Below the pieces are notes generated by a model that was not told where the DNA came from, did no database searches, and was given only the letters and a program-made list of their open reading frames with translations. The position numbers and the translations under genes were made by a program. Positions 57,227 through 64,000 of a DNA stretch of 64,000 bases are shown piece after piece (within the stretch, counting starts at the first letter, position 1; every line of letters starts with the position of its first letter). Source of the stretch: Paraspadella gotoi (Eukaryota; Animalia; Chaetognatha); contig CM119266.1 in assembly GCA_051294375.1 (NCBI GenBank), forward strand, positions 18,346,087 through 18,410,086. The letters are read 5' to 3'.

Positions 57227-58772
57227 TCATATCATATGTATTTTATTTTCCTTCGTCTGTCTCGTCAGATTCCTTGTAAATACTTCGTATCGATCTCTAA
57301 GTGTCGTTTCCCATTCTCCGCCGCCTTCGCCGCCGAGAGCCAAAAGAAAGCTCCGGTCGGCGTCCTCGAAGGCGCGGAGATCCGGCGCCGAGGCGGACTC
57401 GACGGCGAGACGACGAAGTTCGCGACGATGAGACCAAAGGGATTCGTGTCCGGGGAAGAGGAGCATTAGATTATCGAGATGGAGGAGGTCGTCGAGGAGG
57501 GAATGAGGGATGTAGGAGGAAGAGGAGGGGGAGGAAAATATGGAGGAAGAGGAGAGGGTGGAGGAAGAAGGGGAGGAGGAAAGGATGCGGAGGAGGAAAA
57601 TGCGATAGCTGTGGGGAGAGAGGGGTCAGGAGAAAAAAGCGAATTGACGAGAAAAATTAATAATAAAAAATATTAATTAATATCTTCGTGAATTCTACAA
57701 AAATTAACCTAAAAGGACAAGCGTCTGATACGTGACTTCGTTGCCAGGATTTCGCCTCCTCCATCTCTCGACGGAAAAGGGCGGCGATCCGCTCCGGCGT
57801 CGATTCCGCCGCCGCCTCTGAATCCGCCGCATCCGCTTCTCCCGGTGTTTCCTCTTTCGTCACCGCTTCCGCCTTCGTTCCCGACTTCAACGCCAACCTC
57901 ACCAACCAACGGCGATGATCCCATGCATGGTAATTGCCATGATAACGTGAAGCAGCGGACGAGCAACGACGAAGCCCCTTAAAATTAAAGGAAGGAAAAA
58001 TCAAATTTGAGACAGAAAAGGCCATTCCGCACAACGCCTTTCGTCCCACCTCATCCACGATCGTCAAGACCCCTTCCGCCGACTTCGCCGCCTCCACCGC
58101 CCGACGCTGCAGAAATCGGAGGTGGACGAAGGTCTCGGCGCTGCGGGGATGACGCGTCAGAAGAAAGTGGGCGAACTTGAATTCAAAGCGAAGCTGCTCG
58201 TCGTCGTCGGCAGCAGCGGGAGAGTCCTGCGTCCGCTTCAATTCGTTCCAGGCGCCATAATCCTCGGAATTGACGATGAGGCAGAGTCGAGCGAGGCTCT
58301 CGCGACGGAAAGAGACCGAAGTGGGGTCGTAGAGGGGTTTTTTGATTAAGTCGTTCTCGACCGCATTTATGACTTTTTTACAGTTAGGGAAATCCTGGAG
58401 GTCATCTGCAGGGAAAGGTGTCAACGTCGAAACGAAGTCAACGTCCTCACAGTCTGATTTTTTAACGCCTTTCCTTCTTCCTTCGATGTCTTCGTCCGCG
58501 CTCCTTTTCCTTCCACCGCACCATCCTTCTTCAGACCTCTCATTCCTCAACTCTCTCGAGCATGCCTCGACCAGCGTCTTGGCGCAGCAGAGGAAGAGGC
58601 AAAAGTGGCGCCCGCTCGTCCGAAAGGCGCCGTGAGCGCCACACGCACCTCGCTCCGATTCGGGTCGCGGATGGGGGAGGATTTCCAGTTCGGGGTCGGC
58701 GAAAGAGTTAAGATGAGAGACGAGGGATGAATGGAGAAGAGAGACCCAAGGGGGGACCGGGATAGAGGTCAT
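57227..58772 (-). CDS. PTAR1: Protein prenyltransferase alpha subunit repeat-containing protein 1
   Basis: AWNELK, LLTRHPRSAETFVHLRFL, YHGNYHAWDHRRWL, HVSDAC, FPGHESLWSHRR; short introns near 57980-58048 and 57610-57708. Confidence 0.85.
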
Positions 58773-58864
58773 GGGTCGACTTTATCTTTAAGTTTTATCA
58801 CGATTGCCAGTTCATAACGTACAAGGAGACACACCGCAACCCGCCGCTAGAAAAAAAAAAGTTT

Positions 58865-60145
58865 TAAAAACCAAAGTCATTTACAATAGTCGAGTATAAA
58901 TTCTAATTTCATAATGATTGGTTATGACTTTACACGGCAGTGAGCGGAGAAAAGTTGCCTTAAAAATAGTCTTTCATTTTAAAACTAAAATTTTTTTCTT
59001 TAATCTTTTTATCTAACTTTCTTAATATTTTTAAAACAATTTATATAAAAAGGTATAAATATTAATATCTTCTGAGAGCTTTTAAAAATATGAAGAGTAT
59101 GGCATAATTAAAAATACTGTAATATAAAAATTAACCTATTTGGCTATAAATCAAAACTAAGATAACTGTTAAATTAAAAAATGCCAAAGAGCATATTAAA
59201 GAAGATTAATAGTTAATAGTTAATTAATAATTAAAAGTTCTTAAAAAATATTCAGAAAGTTAGACAAAAAGATTAAAAAAAGATTTTAGGTTTAAAATGA
59301 AAGTATGGCAACAGCCGGGTTGCCTGTGATGCCCATTGGGATGGGCATCTCACTGTTGGCTTTGGGGGCTTCCGACCCTCAGTAACGCCTCCAGTCACTG
59401 GCGCGGTTACCCTAGGACGGTCTCGCTTTGCCAACGCAGAGGGAAGTCATTAGGACTGTGGATGGAACACTACGCCTGGGATGGTGTGTTCCCCCTCTGA
59501 GCCAATGGATTTGGCTGACGGATGTGTGGACGTGAGGCAGTGTGAATATACCGCCACAGGATCCCGGGCCAAGACATCACTCAGGTTCCTCAAGCCTGAG
59601 AGGTGTCTGACAAGACTGTTACCATAGTGGGAGAGAGAGAGAGCGCGAGTTGTGGGGGCATAGGCGTTTGTCGTAGCGTACCCCAGGGGCATAGGCGTTT
59701 GTCGTAGCGTACCCGAAGTCGGCAGGGCATAGGCGTTTGTCGTAGCGTACCCTGAGAAGGTTGCGTGTTCGATAGTAGGGCTCACCACTTATGGCAACAG
59801 CCGGGTTGCCTGTGATGCCCATTGGGATGGGGCATCTCACTGTTGGCTTTGGGGCTTCCGACCCTCAGTGACGCCTCCAGTCACTGGCGCGGTTACCCTA
59901 GGACGGTCTCGCTTTGCCAACGCAGAGGGAAGTCATTAGGACTGTGGATGGAACACTACGCCTGGGATGGTGTGTCCCCCTCTGAGCCAATGGATTTGGC
60001 TGAACGGCCATGCGTTGGTACGTGAGGCAGTGTGAATATACCGCCACAAAAGACGATTTTTTAGGCAACTTTACTCTGCTCATTGCCAAGTCAAATCATA
60101 ACCAATCAATATGAAATTAGAATATATAAATGACTTTGGTTTTTA
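58865..60145. mobile_element. Foldback MITE interrupted by a TRIM
   Basis: Left arm 58865-~59035 is the reverse complement of ~59235-59303 joined to 60053-60145; TA at both ends. Confidence 0.85.
59304..60048 (-). mobile_element. TRIM (terminal-repeat retrotransposon in miniature)
   Basis: LTRs 59304-59558 and 59790-60048; 231-bp noncoding interior; PBS-like TGGTGAGCCCTAC just after the 5' LTR; TSD AAAG at 59300-59303 and 60049-60052. Confidence 0.9.
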
Positions 60146-60167
60146 CCCAAACTATCACATTCTTTTT

Positions 60168-61243
60168 TTATCTGTCGTTGTCCCTGGCTCTCGCAGTTAT
60201 GGCGGCAGCGGCTGCGGCGACCATCTTTTGATCAGTACCTTTGGCCCCGAGACCAAGTTTTTCTTCGTATTCGAATCTGTCAGGAATAAAGTCGAAGGAA
60301 GAAAGATAAAGGAAAAAGAAAGCGCGAGAATTCCCAACCCTCATCATAAAAAGGCCCCGACTCTGCACGACCTGTTGGCCGCCTCCATGCGTCGTTTCGA
60401 CTGCAGTATTTCGCGGCGACGAGTTGTGACGTCGGTGCGGGCGAGGACGAAGAGGCCGACGCCCAAGACGACGAGGGCGCCCCACGACGACGTCACCTGG
60501 AGGAGTAATCTCGAATAAGATTGAGTTTCTCAATTTTATTTGCATATTGACTATTGTGGATATTAAATTCATTAGTAATAGTTTTGTTTGAGAAATTTAT
60601 ATTGGACATCTATTTCGATTTTTCGGTCTATAAATTTTAAATTTACACAAATTACTGCTACCAATTACTGCTACTAAATTTTTGTCTCTACAATGTATAT
60701 GTATATATATGTATATATATGTATATACAATGTATAGACTCTATATTTAATAGTGAATGACATATGTGAAAGATATTAAGAATTATTGAAATTTATAATG
60801 GGATTAATTATAGTATTTCTAAAGAAACTTATTATCAAAAAATATATTGCTACTTTATGCAAATGAGTTTTAACAAAGCTGTATTTGATCATTTTGTTTT
60901 ACCACTGGTTTAGGCAACTCCTCGCGGTTATATCACCATACTACCATATTTTTTTTATAGTATGCAAATTAATTTTTTGTCCAAAAAAATGCCCCTGCAC
61001 TATTTTTTTTTCAAAGTGGACTTTTCCCGGTTCTTTCTGTAAACAAAATTTTGCTCGGCATAGACTTTCTGAATACTCTCGGCGAGTAAAGATCTGCAAG
61101 CAAAGGCAAGATCTGGGTTGACATATCTCGCAAGTCTACAGCGGTTACAAACACAATACTTTGTTCCTTTTACTTAAATAAAACTAATACTCTGCGCTCA
61201 CTTTGAAGACGTTACTTCGAAAAAAAGAAATTTTCTTTGTCAT
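60168..61243 (-). CDS. Small single-pass membrane protein, DUF4748-like
   Basis: Exons 61243-61202 (MTKKISFFRSNVFK), 60496-60372 (VTSSWGALVVLGVGLFVLARTDVTTRRREILQSKRRMEAAN), 60276-60168; GT-AG in phase. Not visible as one ORF in the track. Confidence 0.65.
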
Positions 61244-61417
61244 CGTCTTCTCGCATTCGACCTTCACATTCACATTCACGTCGTCTTTTTGGTCAAACAA
61301 TTTGACGACGAATAAGAGTGAATTACGTAATATTTTGAATACCTGAAAAAATATCAAATCAGAAAAGAAAGGGGGCGTGCAATTTTAAAGAAACCCTGAA
61401 TAATATTACTATACATA

Positions 61418-62313
61418 GGGTAGTGCGGGGTAATTCGGAACAGGGGTAATTCGAAACACTGACATATAAAATTATATAACAGTCTCGTAGAATAAACTAT
61501 GCAGTTAAAAAAAANNNNNNNNNNTAAAATTTTCCACGAGACTGTGCACCGCGACATAATTAGGTGAAAAAAATATTATACCATTTCTTTTTAGCAATAA
61601 AAAATATAAAAAATTTTGGAATGAAATTTAACCCCTTAGGTTAAAAAATTAGTTTAAGTTATAATTAAGATGAAATTAATATAAAAATACATATTATGGT
61701 GGACTAAAATCTACCAACCAATAATAATATTTGGAAAAGGAAATAAAAAATAAAATTAAATTTAATAAGATAAATAAAAAATAAAAAATAACCATTGAAA
61801 AAAAAAATAAAAAATAACCATTGAAAATAAAAAATGGTCAGAAAACCAATATTAATTAGAAAGAAAGATGGGAACGAAATGCAGGAATTGAAGGAAATAA
61901 AAAACTGTATCAAAAATACTATAAATCAAAAAATATATACAAATTTTGTATTTATTATCATTCAATAATTTTTCAAAAGTGAGAACATGGTATTAAAAAT
62001 CATTTTACCCAATAAGAATATAAGATTTATAATTTTTCCTACATAAAACATTAATGAAAGGCTCTATGCACTTAATAATAGTATTTTAGTTATTATTTTC
62101 GGTAATATTATAAAGAATTATACATAATATATTAAGAACACTTCAATTTTTTTAAAAATGCGGTCCCAGGGGCAGCAGGAGAAAATCGACTGCATCGTCG
62201 ATTAGCGGGGACACTTTCCTAGATATATCACCAATTTTTTTTTTTCAAAATATATTTACTATGCGAAAAATTTTATTACTTCCAAAAATGTTCCGAATTA
62301 CCCGGCACTACCC
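61418..62313. mobile_element. MITE with TA TSD (Tc1/mariner-pogo type)
   Basis: TIR GGGTAGTGCGGGGTAATTCGGAACA / TGTTCCGAATTACCCGGCACTACCC flanked by TA; spans the assembly gap. Confidence 0.8.
61515..61524. other. Assembly gap (10 N)
   Basis: Run of N. Confidence 1.
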
Positions 62314-62765
62314 TATTTTACAATAGCTTCAAATTAGGCTCCCCCGATCTTCCCATAACTAAATAAAAAATTAATAAAATGAGAGCAAACATTAACAATA
62401 GGTGACCAAAAATATCACTTTATTAGACTGCGGTAATAAACAAATGAATTGTACAGCGTACATATTTTCATATTGTCAAGCGCAAAACAGCCTGGAGATC
62501 GATTCGGTTAAACACTACTCACTACTAAAACCCGACTAAAGAAAACCGCCACAAATGAAAAGCCATATCCCACGCGGTTGAGAAAATATAGAACTTTCAA
62601 TTCCAAACAAGAATCAAATTTAAAAGTCAAAACTTTAAATTTGCCGAAGTATTTGCCGGTGATTTCTTCCCATTGTTTTTTGATCGGGCTCCGTGACATG
62701 GGCGTGCCAATTCGGGGCCGAGGCAGCAAAACGACGCCAAATTTTAAACCCTGCCACTTCCTCTC

Positions 62766-63004
62766 CTACATTCCACCCAAATTGAGCAGAGATGGGTCGA
62801 AGGGCTGCCCCTGGAAGGGCGAGCCCTCGGCGTTCCAACCCGCCTTCAACTGGTCAACGATCTTGAGCTGATCACTCGTCGGTTTTCCCTGCTCTTTTTG
62901 CATCTGATCGAACTTGAGTTTGTTCACCGTGGCCAGGGACTCTTGGTCCAGATCCTCCAGAGGGCGAGAACAGTCGATGGCCTTGAGGTCAATGTCTTCT
63001 TCCC
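62766..63004 (-). CDS. NUDCD3: NudC domain-containing protein 3, last coding exon
   Basis: GEEDIDLKAIDCSRPLEDLDQES..KLKFDQMQKEQGKPTS..LKAGWNAEGSPFQGQPFDP, TAG; acceptor at 63005. Confidence 0.88.
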
Positions 63005-63102
63005 CTACGTAGGGGGTAGGAATGGATGCGATGGAGGTGTGGAAAGGGGGCAGGTAATAGGGGGAAATTTAGTAAGAATTTAATAATACATAAATTTATC
63101 TA

Positions 63103-63571
63103 AATATGAAATTGGTACAACCAATATAAAAATTATCCATTCATTTAATAAACAAGCTATCTTGCCCCTGACTTTGGACAGGCTTTGGTGGTTTAAGGCC
63201 TCCATCACTCTTACAAAATAATGACATAGCAGGTCCCTGCAAGCTTTCAATCAAGACTTTCACACAATCTCGTTTATTCTCTTCCAGAGTACCTGTCTTC
63301 CTTATCAAGGAAGTGGTATAATGTTTCAATGAATGTTTCAATTGTATGAAAAGACCACTCCCTTAAGTATTAGATCGGGGAATACTATATTATACTCCGC
63401 ACTAGCATCAAAATACAAGGAGCTGAATTTTATGAAATTGGTACAACAAATATAAAAATTATCCATTCATTTAATAAACAATCTATCTTGCCCCTGACTT
63501 TGGACAGTCTTTGGTGGTTTAAGGCCTCCATCACTCTTACAAGATAATGACATAGCAGGTCCCTGCAAGCT
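63103..63571 (-). mobile_element. Two adjacent copies of LINE-like 3' tail family C (63103-~63340 and 63431-63571)
   Basis: Shared left end ATGAAATTGGTACAA and variable right ends, consistent with 5' truncation. Confidence 0.7.
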
Positions 63572-63719
63572 ATTTTATACTTAGTTTAAAAACTACAAAC
63601 TTCTGAGCTGAAATGATTAAACACCTAAGAAAATTTTATCTTTCAATTCATTATGTGTAAATCCTTTTTTTTTTATGTGTTTGTATATTAAAGAGACAGT
63701 TTGAGTATTTTTGCAGCAA

Positions 63720-63852
63720 CAATCTCTCTCTCTCTCTCCCCAATTGACCATTTCACTTCTTCTTCAAAACTATCAAAATCTATCTGTCCTTACCCTAAGC
63801 CTATTCTCACCACTGATCACTGTCCTTTCTCAACTCTATGTTGGAAACTTTG

Positions 63853-63887
<35 letters not shown>

Positions 63888-64000
63888 TCTTTTGTAAGAA
63901 AATTTGTGAGCAATTCACAAAAATAATTTGGTGCTGATGAAGGCTCGCATTTGAGCCGAAACATGTTCGTCCATTATTAAATTAAATTGTTGTTGCAAAA
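63720..64000 (+). mobile_element. Diverged Penelope-like pseudo-LTR copy
   Basis: CTGA.CACTGT..TCTCAACTCT.TGTTGGAAACTTTGCCC(TC)n..AATTCACAAA matches 10860-11045. Confidence 0.75.
63929..63973 (+). ncRNA. Minimal type I hammerhead ribozyme motif, canonical core
   Basis: UGGUG-CUGAUGA-A-GGCUC(GCAUUU)GAGCC-GAA-ACAUGU-U-CGUCCA. Confidence 0.75.

Noticed and set aside
59655-59752. CRISPR-like array
   Set aside because: Spacers are only 3-9 nt, context is a eukaryotic retroelement, and there are no cas genes.
59450-59788. 112-aa ORF with GYATTNAYA repeats
   Set aside because: Translation of the TRIM internal repeats running into the LTR; GTG start and no gag motif.

Overview
Gene-dense eukaryotic window, most likely from an invertebrate animal (GT-AG introns, AT-rich introns, GC-rich exons, NCOA5/MFSD6/CRCP homologues). 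All gene identities are from my recall of family motifs, not from database searches. Left part: the 3' half of a + strand MFSD6 gene whose 14.2-kb intron (6438-20634) contains two complete antisense genes, an aldo-keto reductase and an SLC16/MCT transporter. Next comes a divergent tRNA-Asp/tRNA-Pro pair. From 25.6 kb to the end, 12 consecutive protein genes all lie on the - strand with short spacers: NUDCD3, DUF4748-like, PTAR1, PHPT1, RIC1, Rieske-DUF455, UTP14, NCOA5, an SDR, NCAPH, CRCP, PPP1R11. This is a candidate trans-spliced operon. Introns and spacers hold many non-autonomous mobile elements: a ~1.15-kb palindromic Penelope-like insertion with minimal hammerhead ribozyme motifs (a third diverged copy shows stem covariation), a complete TRIM nested in a foldback MITE plus a solo LTR, a HINE/DINE-1-like element, tRNA-derived SINEs, LINE-like tails and several MITEs.
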